64,000 bases of DNA from Octopus sinensis (lineage: Eukaryota), in the NCBI RefSeq assembly GCF_006345805.1, contig NC_043003.1, positions 22,382,001 to 22,446,000 of the forward strand, written 5' to 3'. A program made the translations under genes and the position numbers. The notes under the pieces are model-generated. The model saw only the letters and a program-made list of their open reading frames with translations, did not search any database and was not told where the DNA came from. The first letter of the stretch is position 1; each line of letters opens with the position of its first letter. Shown piece after piece: positions 25,698 to 39,378 of the stretch.

Positions 25698-26056
25698 TAG
25701 TGGTTCTCAGCCTTTTGTCGCTCAGTGCTTCCTTTCGTCAAAGAGTATTTTACAAAGCCCCCTCCCTATGTTTTGCAAAAATATAAAAGCAGATTATTTT
25801 TATCAAACAAAAGTTAGTTTTGTGCACTGTGCTGCTACCCGTTGATAACAATATTTGCTTATTTTCGACTAAGGTTTCTTGTTAATCTGATTAAAATATA
25901 AATAGTTTTAACTGATTTAAATACTTTATTTCTAAGATAAATTATGAACCCCGTTAAGAACCCCAGCGCCTCTGTAGTTCCTCTTTGAAATGTACAACTC
26001 TGCAGTGAGCTCACAGCACCTCAAGGAAGTGCCACCGCTCTGTTTGAGGACCTTTA
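25698..26056. mobile_element. Decayed hAT (Charlie-like) non-autonomous element
   Basis: Termini tagtggttctcagcc / gtttgaggaccttta with similar 8-bp flanks ttatagaa / ctgtagaa. Confidence 0.5.
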
Positions 26057-26274
26057 CTGTAGAATATATCTTGACTAAACAATGCCCCTTGTTTCTCTGA
26101 CCGGATCTTGACTACAACTAGGATTTCCTCATTCGACGCTACATTTGCAAAGCTGCGCGATTATTACTGCTTAACTGAGTCGCCACAACCGCACTCGTTC
26201 GTTTTATAACACACACACACACACACACACAGACATCGACCCCCCCCCCTACGCACATGAACACATATAAATAA

Positions 26275-26525
26275 ATGCGCCCTTTTAAAGCCTAGCCAGG
26301 TTCATGGGCCCGGTTTCCCGGTTTCTATGGCGTATGTGTTCCCCAGCTGGACGGGACGCCAGTCCATCGCAGCGTTACTCATTTTTGCCAGCTGAGTGGA
26401 GTGGAGCAACGTGAAATGAAGTGTTTTGCTCAAGAACACAACGCGTCGCCTGGTCCAGGAATCGAAACCACAATCTTACGATCATGATGCTGACACCATA
26501 ACCACTAAGCCACGCGCTTCCACAC
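26275..26525 (-). mobile_element. Family-C tRNA-derived SINE
   Basis: Head gcgtggcttagtggtt...gtttcgattcctgg and body gcgatggactggcgtcccgtccag. Other copies at 35191-35420(+) and 36647-36900(+). Confidence 0.8.
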
Positions 26526-27491
26526 ACTAACACATAATAAACAAAAAACAAAAATAAAAAGTAAAGGAGTGGCTGTGTGGTAAGTAGCTTGCTAACCAAC
26601 CACATGGTTCCGAGTTCAGTCCCACTGCGTGGCATCTTGGGCAAGTGTCTTCTGCTATAGCTCCGGGTCGACCAATGCCTTGTGAGTGGATTTGATAGAC
26701 GGAAACTGAAAGCCTGTCGTATATATGTATATATATGTATATGTGTGTATGTGTGTGTGTTTGTGTGTGTGTGTTTTTCCCCCTAGCATTGCTTGACAAC
26801 CGATGCTGGTGTGTTTACGTCCCCGTCACTTAGCGGTTCGGCAAAAGAGACCGATGGAATAAGTACTGGGCTTACAAAGAATAAGTCCCGGGGTCGATTT
26901 GCTCGACTAAAGGCGGTGCTCCAGCATGGCCGCAGTCGAATGACTGAAACAAGTAAAAGAGTAAAAAGAGTAATAGTAGATGTCATTTTCATATTAGCAT
27001 CATGTGACCAGGCCTGACCAGTAGGTGCCTAGCATCCAGAAACCACCTTGGATTTGTCTCAAATCTCTCATTCTTCTTCTATTGTCCGGTGAGACGGACG
27101 GGTCCTTTGTCCTCACGAAACTTTGTCATAGGAAACTGAATCAAACTTATTAAAATCTATATAACTTCTAGCAAAAAAGTTGGGTACCACTTTATTTCGT
27201 TTGCCTACTCACTCATGTGTGTGTGTGTGGGTGCGTGTGTGATTGCACATACATACATACATACATACATACCATACATACATATCTGTTTTCTTTACTT
27301 GCTTCAGTCATTAGATTGCAGCCATGCTGGGGCACAACGTCGAAGGATTCTTAGTCGAACAAATGTACTCCAGGTCTTTTTTTTTTGTTAGATCCGGTTC
27401 TTATCCAATCGGTCTGTTTTACCGAACCGCTAATTTACGGAGAGGTAAACACACCAGCATCGGTTGCAGGCGGTGGTGGGAGACAAACACA

Positions 27492-27542
<51 letters not shown>

Positions 27543-28229
27543 CGTGTTTCTCTGAGTTTCCGTTTAACAAATCCACTCGCATTGCTTTGATCGGCCCGAA
27601 GTTAAAATAGAAGATACTTTCCCAAGATGCCACGCAGTGAGACTGATCCTAGAACCATGTAGTTGGAGAAGCAAGCTTATTACCACACAATTACACCAAC
27701 GTTTTGCTTTCAAAATGTTGAAGTTTAATTTTATAAAAATTTGTCCATTTTCTTTAATTTTTATTTGGTAGTTTCTGTCCACCGTGTTAGGGGAGGTCTT
27801 TCCCCTCTGACATTTTATGTTGAATGTCAGCTATCAAAAATATCGCGAACATTTTTTAAAAATCTGCTCACCTTTCTTTGAATCAATTGGAACGAATACG
27901 CACAGAAAAAGGTCACCCCAATTTTGAAAAATAAATCACAAAAAAGTAATCCAGAAACGATAAGGTTTCGAGGCATTTTTTGTCATGGTAAAATTCAATA
28001 ATAATAATAATAACAATTCTCTCTACTATAGGCACAAGGCCTGGAATTTGTGGGGAGGGTATAATTGATTACATCGACCCCAGTATTTGACTGGTACTTA
28101 ATCTATTGATCTCGAAAAGATGAATGGCAAAGTCGGCCCCGCCGGAATTCGAACTCAGAACGTAGCGGTAGACGAAATATCGCTAAGCATTTCGCCCGGC
28201 GTGCTAACGATTCTGCCTGCTCGCCGCTC

Positions 28230-28274
<45 letters not shown>

Positions 28275-28755
28275 TAATAATAATAATAATGATGATGATA
28301 ATAATAATAATGATTTTAATTTAGGAACATACACACTGAGCAAACGTAATAATGTAGTACTCAATAAATTTGCTTTAAGTCACTCGTATTTATTAACAGT
28401 TTGACTATGCATGGGGTTAGTCAAACTGTCATTGAAAACTGTTTTATATATGTTCCTCATGCTTCCTTTGAAGAACTTTCCCAAGAGCGATGCAATTGAA
28501 GCAAACCTGTTTTGATGCAATTCGGAATTTCGAAAGTTAATGATTGAATCCTCTTCAAGAAAAGAGAACTGGAGTAAAATAAGAGAAATGCGATCCCAGC
28601 GAATCATTGTAACGATTCTGCGTCCTGTCCTCAGTTTGGACAATCTTGCAAATCTTTGGCCGAGTTAAAGTCACATCAGAGACACAAACACAAATGATAA
28701 CAATTATACTAAACCTCCAGGCTCTCGTACGTCGAAATCGACGGGAGAGCCCGTC

Positions 28756-28841
<86 letters not shown>

Positions 28842-29211
28842 GTATACACATATATATATGTGTTTGTACCCCCTTCGGTCATGAATGACTATGGGATTGC
28901 ACATAAAAAGTTACCTTCTGATGTACAAGCCCAGGCAAGGTTGTTTATGGAAGACGAGCAGTCGCTCATGCATACCGGCCTCCCCTCTCCACGCCATCGA
29001 TGTTATCCAAGGGAAAGGCAAAGGCCGATACAGCTTGGCACCAGTGACGTCGCAGCTCATTTCTACAGCTGAGTGAACTGGAGCAACGTGAAATAAAGTG
29101 TCTTGCTCAAGAACACAGTACGCAGCCCGGTCCGGGAATCGAACTCATAACCTCACGATCTTAAGCTCAACGCTCTAATCACTGAGCCATGTGCCTTCAC
29201 AATCACTGAGC

Positions 29212-29278
<67 letters not shown>

Positions 29279-29283
29279 GCGTG

Positions 29284-29610
29284 TAACGCCGTAGACTGCG
29301 GTAATCGTCCTGAGAAATAATCACGCATAGACGTTAGGTGCTAAAAATACACGGATTATATCGGTCGACGAAATTTCTTCAGCACTTTACGACATCACTG
29401 ACTATTTAGTCAGTGTCAGTTTTCATGAATTTTAGATCTGACTTGGATTCCTGCTGCTGCTGATACGCAGTGTACGCTGAAATCATGTGATACAACAGTC
29501 CCATCCGTCGGTGCTTACGAAATCCCCTTAAGCTATATTATCTGTGCTTTTTTAGCACCTAAGCATCTATACGAGCTGATTTCTCAGAACGATACCGCGA
29601 TGTACTGTTA
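29284..29610. mobile_element. Old MITE-like element with ~100-bp diverged inverted repeats
   Basis: gcggtaatcgtcctgagaaat...ttaggtgctaaaaa is mirrored by tttttagcacctaa...atttctcagaacgataccgc. Confidence 0.65.
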
Positions 29611-29834
29611 GTCTTTACTCATAACTTGCTTCAGTCATTTGACTGCGGCCATGCTGGAGCACCGCCTTTAGTCGATCAAATTGATCCCAGGACTTATTCT
29701 TTGTAAGCCTAGTACTTATTCTATCGGTCTTTTTTGCTGAACCGTTTTTTTGCCACCAGCATCGGCTGTCAAGCGATGTTGGGGGACAAACACAGAAACA
29801 CAAACACACACACACACATAAGTTGGGTGTGAGA

Positions 29835-29869
<35 letters not shown>

Positions 29870-29966
29870 TACATATACATAATCAATCACACACACACAT
29901 ATATATACTCGTTACTAGATTCAGCTCGGCCGAACTGGACACTGCCGTTATATCGTTATATAGATA

Positions 29967-30052
<86 letters not shown>

Positions 30053-30081
30053 GAAACAAATAGTGTTGCAGCTTTACTTAC

Positions 30082-30181
30082 TTCTTGGTTTTCCGTCGAT
30101 ACACGAAGATGCACCAGATGCAAATGAGAAGAGTCAGGAATAGAAGACCACCGAGTGTGCTGCACAGTATAATCACCAACA
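30082..30181 (-). CDS. SEA/EGF transmembrane protein, TM exon (LLVIILCSTLGGLLFLTLLICIWCIFVYRRKTK)
   Basis: ctgtattgcag acceptor, gtaagt donor, 100 nt, phase 1-2. Hydrophobic helix followed by basic stop-transfer RRKTKK. Confidence 0.88.
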
Positions 30182-30347
30182 CTGCAATACAGAAGAGCAA
30201 GAGTAGTAGTAGTAGTAGTAGTAGTTGTAAAAGTCGTATGGGCAGAAAATGAAACAGAAGAAAAGAAAAAGACAAGGAGAAAATGTTGAAAGGAATATAT
30301 TCTAAGCTCGAGTCACCAACCGATCAAATACATGCGACACACACACA

Positions 30348-30402
<55 letters not shown>

Positions 30403-30633
30403 TATATATAAATAAATGTCTGCACACACATGCGCGCGCATGTATATATGCATATGTATATAGTGAGTGATTAGGAAGTTTACTTCTCAACCCTATGCAT
30501 TTGGGTTCAATTCCATTATGCGTCACCTGCAAGTGTCTTCCACTAAGGTGCCGGACCGACTAATGCCTTGTGAGTGAATTTGATGAACGGAAACTTTTTG
30601 GAAGCCCATCATATACGCATGCGTGTATAAATG

Positions 30634-30669
<36 letters not shown>

Positions 30670-31043
30670 AAATCTTGTATCCCTGCCGTAAGGCTTCATT
30701 TCCTCATGCGCCAGCTTAGTTCAATTCATCCTTAGTCGAAAGACACCTGTTATTATGTCCTGTTATTATTTTTATTGTATTTGTATGTGTAACATTCCGT
30801 CCTTCGTTGCTTCCTTCTAAGGAATCTAATGCTCTTTGCTTAGTTTTTCCTTGGAGCTGACCAGATTGGAGCAATCTCAAGTATAATCAGCCGAAATTGC
30901 GAGGATAATCTGGTGCTTAACTGAGGAAAGAAAACTTCGAATGACCCATCCTTGTTTTCTTTGTATCGTCTATCTGGATGTTTTGTTGTCGCAATCTTGT
31001 ATCACCTAGCTGTCCGGATGTTTTGCGTTCTCGTCCCATTTTG

Positions 31044-31118
<75 letters not shown>

Positions 31119-32039
31119 GTGTGTGTGTGTGTGTGTATGTATGTAAGTATATATGTGTATGTATGTATATGTGTGTAAGTGTGTGAGTGTGTGTATGTGT
31201 GATGGATCTTTTTCTTTTTCTATTTTGCTACAGTGGCGTATGGTTTTGGCTTTCAAGCAAGGAAGAAGTAATGTTTAAAAGCTTGTTGAAGAACACAATC
31301 GATGTAAAGAAAGAAGAAATGCTTTCAACCAGGAATCGAAATAGATTGTGGAATCAGTTCAAATTCATGTGGTTTTAAAAACGTATCTGTTCCTTATATT
31401 TTTGCCATTTTGCAAAAAGATATTTCGCAGTTCAGTGAAAACCATAATTTTGCTGGTGACATTTTCAATTATTTTAAAGAAAATATTTGACTGAAATCAA
31501 CTGAATTTTCAGAGGAATATGTTTCATTGTAATTAACTCAATTATTAAACGAATAAATTTTACTAAAGCCAATTGAATTCTCTTTGGAGTTAATCTTATT
31601 GATTACAGTTGAATTCCCAACGGAATACATTCTATTGAAAACTAACTCAATTCGCTACCATGTTTGGTTTACTGAACCGAAAATATATAATTTTTTTTTG
31701 TTTAATTAAAATTGTAACAAAAATGATAAGGAAAATAATTTGTTTTAATGAAAAATATTCTCAGAAGGAGCAAGGGAAGTGACTAAAATCTCAGTGGAGT
31801 ATATTTTACTGAAAGCAACTCAGTCCTTAATGATTTGTATCTCTAAAAGCTTTGTGCTCTACGAGTAATCTTCAAACAGTCTGCCAGAACGGAAACTCCC
31901 ATAACGAAACAATCACCCTCAAAGCAGTCTATGTGGCTAAATCTGCCAGAAATAGCAGTTTAAATCTCCCTCATATTACTTTCTACCGCCCTTAAAGGAA
32001 AATGAGCACACTGGTTAATGCAGTCTTAGAAGAATATAC

Positions 32040-32453
32040 GGATCTTTTCGGTTTGAACGGCAGTTTTTTTTAATAATTTCCACGTAACTAAACACTTTTA
32101 AACTTCGTATACTGGTAGAATGTGTTTATAAAACATCTTTTTCTCTTGGCTTTATTGAGAAAATTCTATAGTTTGTAAGATATTTGTTGTTATTTTTCTT
32201 CAATTTCTGCAATTTCAACCAATCAATGACGTCTATTGAGGTGGAAACATTCTGTGCCGTATGAATATGTCCCTCGTTTAAGAAACAGATTGGGTTTATT
32301 TACATTTCTGAAGAAAACAAGATACCCTTCCCCCCACCTCTAACCATAACTAACTTATTGAAATGCAATAGATCAATACTAGGGTCATAATAATGGGTGA
32401 CAATTTCATATGTCACCGCTAGAAAAAAACTGCCGTTCAAACGGAAAAGATCC
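32040..32453. mobile_element. MITE with ~30-bp TIRs and a perfect 8-bp TSD (hAT- or Merlin-type)
   Basis: TIR ggatcttttc(g/c)gtttgaacggcagttttttt. gaatatac at 32032-32039 and 32454-32461. Confidence 0.88.
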
Positions 32454-33210
32454 GAATATACTATAATTGAAAATAAGACAGGATTGTTATGGTTGAAAAA
32501 CTGTTAATCATATGTTAGTTTGATCAATGTTGACTTTGAACTAAGCAACAACAACGAGAGTGGAGGCGCAATAGTCCAGTGGTTAGGGCCGCGGACTCGC
32601 GGTCGTAAGAACGCGGTTTCGGTTCTCAGACCGGGAATAGTGAATGTTTATTGAGCAAACACATCTAAGCTCCACGAGTCTCCGGCGGGGGGTGGTGGGG
32701 TGAACTCCGCTATACTCTTTCACCACAACTTTCTCTCACTCTTTCTTCCTACTTCTGACACAAAGCAGAGGAACCATGGTGTAACCCACTATGGTGTGGT
32801 AAACTTTCAGACCCTAGTCTAGATTGCGAATCCTCTGTAACCCAGGATGGTTCAGCTCTCCACCCGTTAAAAAGCCACCGTTTACGGAATGGCGATAACA
32901 ACGTAGCTTTCGCGCCCGTGCAACCGCCAGTCTATCGCGTGTGGTGGGTGGATCTTCAAGTTGCCACACGCATTCTTAGTAGCTTAGAGTAGGCTCGAAT
33001 TAGTGATTATTCTTTGTGGCTAATGGCGTGAGTCCTGATTGGAAGAAGAAGAAGACAACAACGATAACAACAACAATAACAACCGTCCAACGGACTTTTA
33101 ATACTACTGTATTAAAAGTGACTCATAAAATTTATTGTTGCTAAATGTTCAGCAATATAAGAGGAAAGCAAAATATGAGATAGAGAAGATTAAATTAACT
33201 TCAGTAAGAA

Positions 33211-33276
33211 ACTTGAACAAATTCAGTTGGTAGAGCATCAAACGTTTAACCGGAGGATCGTAAGTTCATGTTCCCT
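33211..33276 (+). pseudogene. tRNA-Lys(TTT)-like relic or SINE head
   Basis: tcagttggtagagcatcaaacgtttaaccggaggatcgtaagttca resembles the tRNA-Lys D, anticodon and T arms. No acceptor stem. Confidence 0.4.
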
Positions 33277-33299
33277 TAAAAGAATATTTTACTAACGGT

Positions 33300-33735
33300 G
33301 CTTCAAACATACTCGCAGCTAACAGATTAAAGCAAGTGAATGAGGAATAGCTAACAATAACAGTTGCTAGGAATATTGAGCTAGGAATATTGAGCAAGAG
33401 ATAAGCTCTATTTAAACTTGAAATATACCCGCAGCTTCAAACATGCCCGCAACTAACAGATTAAAGCAAGTAAATGTGGAATAGTTAACAATAACAGTTG
33501 CTAGGAATATTGAGCTAGGAATATTGAGCCACAAGAGATAAGCTCTATTTAAAACAAGATTTGAACTTGAAACGTCAAAAAAGAGAAAAGCATGAAAACT
33601 TGTAATTATTTCGAAACTTTACAGTACTTGATGGAGCAAACACAGATTTGAACTTGAAACCCAAAGAGAATGAAAACTAGTAATTATTCCGAAGCTTTAC
33701 AGCACTTGATAGAACAGACACAGATTTGAACTTAG
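33300..33735. repeat. Local tandem duplications (2 x ~134 bp, then ~3 x ~80-88 bp)
   Basis: gcttcaaacat...taagctctatttaaa at 33300 and 33434. agatttgaactt at ~33557, ~33644 and ~33722. Confidence 0.8.
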
Positions 33736-34307
33736 AACAGAAAAGATTGCGTTTATCTGCTCGGCGCTCTAACGATTCCGCCGAGGTCGACTTTACTTTT
33801 CATCCTTTCAGAGTCGATAAAACAAGTACCAGTCAAGCTCTGAGGTCGCTGTGATCGACTTGTCTCCTCTCACGAAATTGCGCTAGCCTTGTGCCAAGCT
33901 TGCTTACCAACTACATGGTTCTGCGTTCAGTCCCACTGCGCGGCATCTTGGGCAAGATTCTTCTACTATAGCCTCGGGCCGACCAAAGCCTTGTGAGTGG
34001 ATTTGGTAGACGGAAATTGAAAGGAGCCCATCATGTATATGTATATATGTGTGTTGTCTCTGTTTGTCCCCCACCCAACATCGCTTGACAACTGCTGCTG
34101 GTGTGTTTACGTCTCCGTAACTTAGCAGTTCGGCAAAAGAGACCGATAGAATAAGTACTAGGCTTACAAAGAATAAGTCCTGGGGCCGATTTGCTTGACT
34201 AAAGGCGGTGCTCCAACATCGCCACAGTGAAATGACTGAAACAAGTAAAAGAGTAAAACTGTTATTATTAATTAAATAATTAATTAATTTATTTATTTTG
34301 GACTTAC

Positions 34308-34354
34308 ATTTTCCATTAACTTCACATTTTTCTCCGAGGAACCATGTTGGACAG
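34308..34354 (-). CDS. SEA/EGF transmembrane protein, EGF2 C-terminal exon (CPTWFLGEKCEVNGK)
   Basis: ttttttatctccag acceptor, gtaagt donor, 47 nt, phase 2-1. C-x-x-x-F-x-G-x-x-C-E EGF end. Confidence 0.88.
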
Positions 34355-35899
34355 CTGGAGATAAAAAAGCGATACAAAATAGCCATAATTAGTAATGTTG
34401 ACGAGGACAAGACTCTTACACCACCATCTGTTCCAAATTTCTTTCAACGAACAAATAAAAGCAAAAAGCACAAAAATGAACAGTAGAATTCACGACTGGG
34501 AATCAGCTACGGTGTTTTCAATAAAGCCAACAAACTAAGCCAACAAACGTCAATGTACGGCGATAAAACATGTACTTGATCAATTCGAACATTAAATACT
34601 TAGACAACCTAAATAAAAAAAAATAGTTAAATTAAAATAAAAACAAAACATAGAAGAAATGAAATAAATTCTCAAAGAAATTAAATGCTCAGGCATTTCA
34701 AACATTTAATGACAACCAGTTTTATGTGAAAAGCATATGTCAAAAGCTGTTTCATGTGAAAATTTCGCATAAGTTTCTTTTCTTAAAAATATATAGTCCG
34801 TGTATTTGTGAACAAAACCATCGAGACGAGTCAGCTTATAGGTCATTGTTGTTGTTGCTCTTGTTGCTGAACCTCAGGATAGCTTTATTCGAGCAGATCT
34901 ATAATCAAAGGCATTTCAGTCGTGACCACCCCGTCTTTTTCTTTTGTACAGAGAACCTAGGGCTACGTAATGTAATCCAAACGTATATTCTTGTCCAAAA
35001 TGGTTGTTATTTTCAGCATATTGGCAATGCCGCCTTGTGGTATGAACATACTAGGTAGGTCCTCGTGTATCTTGAGGTCTAATTCTGTTTCGTGTATGCT
35101 TTGGTTTGTTGTCAATAGATAAAAAATATAGGACCCAAAGCATTGACGTACTTAGAGGCCTATAATCCTGCTAAGTCACTCCCGCCCACTAGTGGAGGCG
35201 TGTGGCTTAATGGTTAGGATGTTGGACTCATGATCGTAAGGTTGTGGTTTCGATTCCTAGACCGAACGACGCGCTGTGTTTTTGAGCAAAACACTTCATT
35301 TCATGTTGCTCCAGTTCAATCAGCTGGCAAAGATAATTAATCCTGCGACAGACTGGTGTTCCGTCCTGACGGGGAATATATACGCCATGAAAACGGGAAA
35401 CCGGCCCTTATGAATCTAGAAAGTAACTAAATTTTTTTAAAGCCTGTTGCTTATTCTATCTATCAGTTTGCCGAACCGCTAAGTTACTGGGACATAAACA
35501 CACCAACACCAGTTACCAAGCGGTGATAGGACACACACACACATGCACACACACACACGCACACATTCGACGGACTTCTTTCAGTTTCTGTCTACCAAAT
35601 CCACTCACAAAGCTTTGATTGGCTCAAGGCTATAGTATTAATGGAAGACTTTTGTCCAAGGTGCCACTCAGTGGAACTGAAGTTGGCACCATATGGTTGG
35701 AAAGCAAGCTTCTTACCACACAGCCACACCTGCATCTATATGACTGTAGAATTCTCAATATTTTTGAAAAAAGCCAAAAAAAACAAAAAAACAAGCAAAC
35801 AAAAAAAGCATACTAAAAGACAAAAAACAGCAACAAAAAACAAAAGAAAATAAAGGCGAGATATTCCTTCAATATTAAAAGAAAAAATGTTGGTCTTAC

Positions 35900-35966
35900 T
35901 CGCAAGTGACTTTTCCATTACTCAGTTGACAGGTACCATTATTCTGACAGGAACACCGGTTTGCGA
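35900..35966 (-). CDS. SEA/EGF transmembrane protein, EGF2 N-terminal exon (IANRCSCQNNGTCQLSNGKVTCD)
   Basis: cttatttttttcag acceptor, gtaaga donor, 67 nt, phase 1-2. C-x-N-N-G-x-C motif. Absent from the ORF track. Confidence 0.88.
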
Positions 35967-36234
35967 CTGAAAAAAATAAGCATAATATATAGAGAAAAAT
36001 GAAATAATAGGGAAATATTTGCATACAACAATATATCAGTGATTGGTGAGATGTCTTTAGTAATAAATGATTAATGTTCGTGCATGAACAGAACTAACAA
36101 AGATGTTTGTGTTGTTTTTGGGTGAGATGGGGAACTGTAATGTCAGATGTAATGTCAGATGTACACGTACTTTTGTTTTGTGTGTGTGTGATAATTTACC
36201 CACCTACCTATCTACCGACCTATATGGACAATTC

Positions 36235-36282
<48 letters not shown>

Positions 36283-36296
36283 TAATATATATAATA

Positions 36297-36348
<52 letters not shown>

Positions 36349-36596
36349 CAATACATATCCATAATATTCACACACACACACACACAAGTATATATATATA
36401 TATATGTATGGTATATATATATATATATTATATATATATATAGATATATATATATATATATATTATATATATGTATGTATGTATATATATATATGCATAT
36501 ATATTATATATACACACACAATTGAAATAAACAATAATTAAAAAAGACGAATAATAAAATCAATGAACAAGAAGAGGGAATGTATTAGCTTGACGC

Positions 36597-36651
<55 letters not shown>

Positions 36652-37346
36652 AGGCGTGTGGCTTAATGGTTAGGGTGTTGAATTCATGATTGTAAGATTG
36701 TGGTTTCGATTCCTGGACCGGACGATGCGTTGTGTTCTTGAGCAAAACACTTCATTTTCACGTTGCTCCAGTCCACTCAGCTGGCAAAAATGAATAATCC
36801 TGCGGCGGACCGGCGTCACGTCCAGGTGGGGAATTTCTACGCCACTGAAACCGGGAAACCGGCCCTTATGAGCCTGGCACGGCTCGAGAAGGAACATTTA
36901 TTTCTTTTATTTATATATACACATATCTATGCATATTTACACACAAATATATATACACATACACAAACACACCTACATACACACACACTCACACACATAT
37001 ACACACACACACACAAACACACATACACGTACATATGCACTATTTACAACTCCAATTCCTAGAAGCTTGTAGCCATGCTTTCGCTAATTTTTTTAGGTGG
37101 TTCGCTATAGTTTTGCTACTCATTTTTGGCTGAGTAAATTTGAGCAATGCGAAACGATGTGCTTCGCGGAAGGACACAACGAACTGTCTGACCCAGCGAT
37201 CGAACCCAATGACTGGGCTACGCGACATCTCACACATATACAATACATATAACATGGCGGATTTTTGTCATGATGTAATGTAAGTATTCATCAATGAAAT
37301 GCTGCTGAAACCTACCTACCTACCTACCTACATACCTACCTACCTG

Positions 37347-37408
<62 letters not shown>

Positions 37409-37445
37409 CATCTCTCTCTCTCTCTCGCTCTCTCACTCTCTCTCT

Positions 37446-37505
<60 letters not shown>

Positions 37506-37756
37506 AGCATATATATTAAAACGTTGTCTTGTACTCTGTTTTTTCGTTGTTTGAAAAAAAGTTCGTTTCTATGTTTTTGTATTTATGTTTTCGTTTCTCA
37601 TTGTGTTCAGCGTTTTTTTTATATCGTGTACCCATATATGCATGTATATATACATATAGATGTAGGTATGTACTTATATTTGTGTATATATGCATATATT
37701 TATATATTATTTATATTATTATATGATCGAACGCCACGCATCCTTTTCCAAGTAAG

Positions 37757-37797
<41 letters not shown>

Positions 37798-37831
37798 ATA
37801 ATATCAGCATTAAGCAATGATAAGGAATAAA

Positions 37832-38366
37832 TGAACTTTAAGATAGTTAAAATATGTGACATATTTTAACTTCTAAAGGAAAATTCAATGCTGTCACCGC
37901 GGAGGAAAAAAATCTCACTTATGGTAAAAAGTGTAAAAAAACACCATATCTGTTCAGTATCTTCCCTTTCCCCAATAGGAGACGGCGAAAAGAGATAATG
38001 CGAGCAGATTCTATGACTTTCTCCACATTAAAGTTTAAATATGTCACAAACATATTTTGACTAAAGTTCGTTTATTATTCATTACTGCTTAGCGCTAATA
38101 CGATTATATGTATTCCGACCAGGCTGTCCCCGAGCACAACTCAGAACCTCATAAAGCTACGGTTTTAGAATCTATCTTCGGTATCTGCTACTGAGGAAAG
38201 CTAAAGAGCTTGAAGCGCGTCTAGGAATTGTAGGGGAGATACTGAGCAGATATGGTGTTTTTTCACTTTTTTACCGTGAACAAATTTTTTCAGTGGTAAC
38301 TACTGTGAATTCGCCTTTAGAAGTTAAAACACGTCACAAACCTATTTTAATTAACCTTAAGTTCAC
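37832..38366. mobile_element. Element with ~130-bp diverged inverted repeats enclosing a hammerhead motif
   Basis: ttttaacttctaaagg...aacaccatatctgttcagtatct is mirrored by agatactgagcagatatggtgtt...cctttagaagttaaaa. Confidence 0.75.
38188..38224 (+). ncRNA. Minimal type-I hammerhead ribozyme motif with one core substitution (GAAG)
   Basis: cta-CTGAGGA-aagct-aaag-agctt-GAAG-cgc-GTC-tag. Confidence 0.65.
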
Positions 38367-38428
38367 GTATACATTTTCCCCATCTTGTCGAGGCTTTGTA
38401 ACTAGAACTTGTATAATTGAGTTTGTTA

Positions 38429-38528
38429 NNNNNNNNNNNNNNNNNNNNNNNNNNNNNNNNNNNNNNNNNNNNNNNNNNNNNNNNNNNNNNNNNNNNNNNN
38501 NNNNNNNNNNNNNNNNNNNNNNNNNNNN
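38429..38528. other. Assembly gap (100 N)
   Basis: Run of exactly 100 N. Confidence 0.99.
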
Positions 38529-39196
38529 GAAGCCGTGGGGGATTTGAAACCCAGAACGCAGACGGCTGGAAACAGTGACCGCAAACTATCCGATCCGATG
38601 TTCTTAGAGTTCAACCAATCCACAGTCTTAGATTAATACTTTCGTTAACGACCTTGAAAAAACAAAACAAAAACGACAGACAAAGTTACTTATGGTAGGG
38701 TGTGAACTCTAAGCGCAGTGTAGTGGAACAAATATCGCAACGTATAAAATCCGACATTTTAACACTCAGAAAAATATCTGCTGGAAAATAGAAACATCTG
38801 CAAGTTTGTGAGCTGACTTATGGAAAGTTACTTTTGGTAATGCAATTGGTTTTAATGGTCCCAATAGGCAGGCCTAGTGATTATCAATAGTTATAATTTA
38901 CAGCCTTACATTTGCTTATTTTGATGGAAGTGCCAATGAGTTTAAAAATAAATAGGTATTGATTTGGCCTTTTTATGTTTAATCAATGCAGTATTCATAA
39001 ATTACGTTAGAGCCTCATTCTAAAATAATTCTGTTATACCTTCAGAGAATCCCTTAGAGACAGATTTTGATTTAGACTTAGCTTAGTTCCATCAGCTTCA
39101 ATGTTAGACATTATTATATTATATATATATATATAATATATATATTATTTATATAATATTATATTATATATATATATATATATGTATATGTATATA

Positions 39197-39256
<60 letters not shown>

Positions 39257-39339
39257 ATAATATATATATATATATATAATATATATATTATATATAGATA
39301 TATATAATATATATATTATATATATATAATATACATATA

Positions 39340-39378
<39 letters not shown>

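Noticed and set aside
28507-28650. Possible cytoplasmic exon (FSFLEEDSIINFRNSELHQN)
   Set aside because: The good acceptor gives a 62-nt frame-shifting exon, and the TM exon already joins 19201 in frame.
30915-30955. CTGAGGA-aag-aaaa-ctt-CGAA hammerhead-like string (also 13770-13795, 40307, 50672)
   Set aside because: No GAAA/stem III/stem I combination that pairs convincingly.
33300-33735. Repeat-spacer-like pattern suggesting CRISPR
   Set aside because: Eukaryotic context; the spacers are themselves homologous (ordinary tandem duplication) and there are no cas genes.
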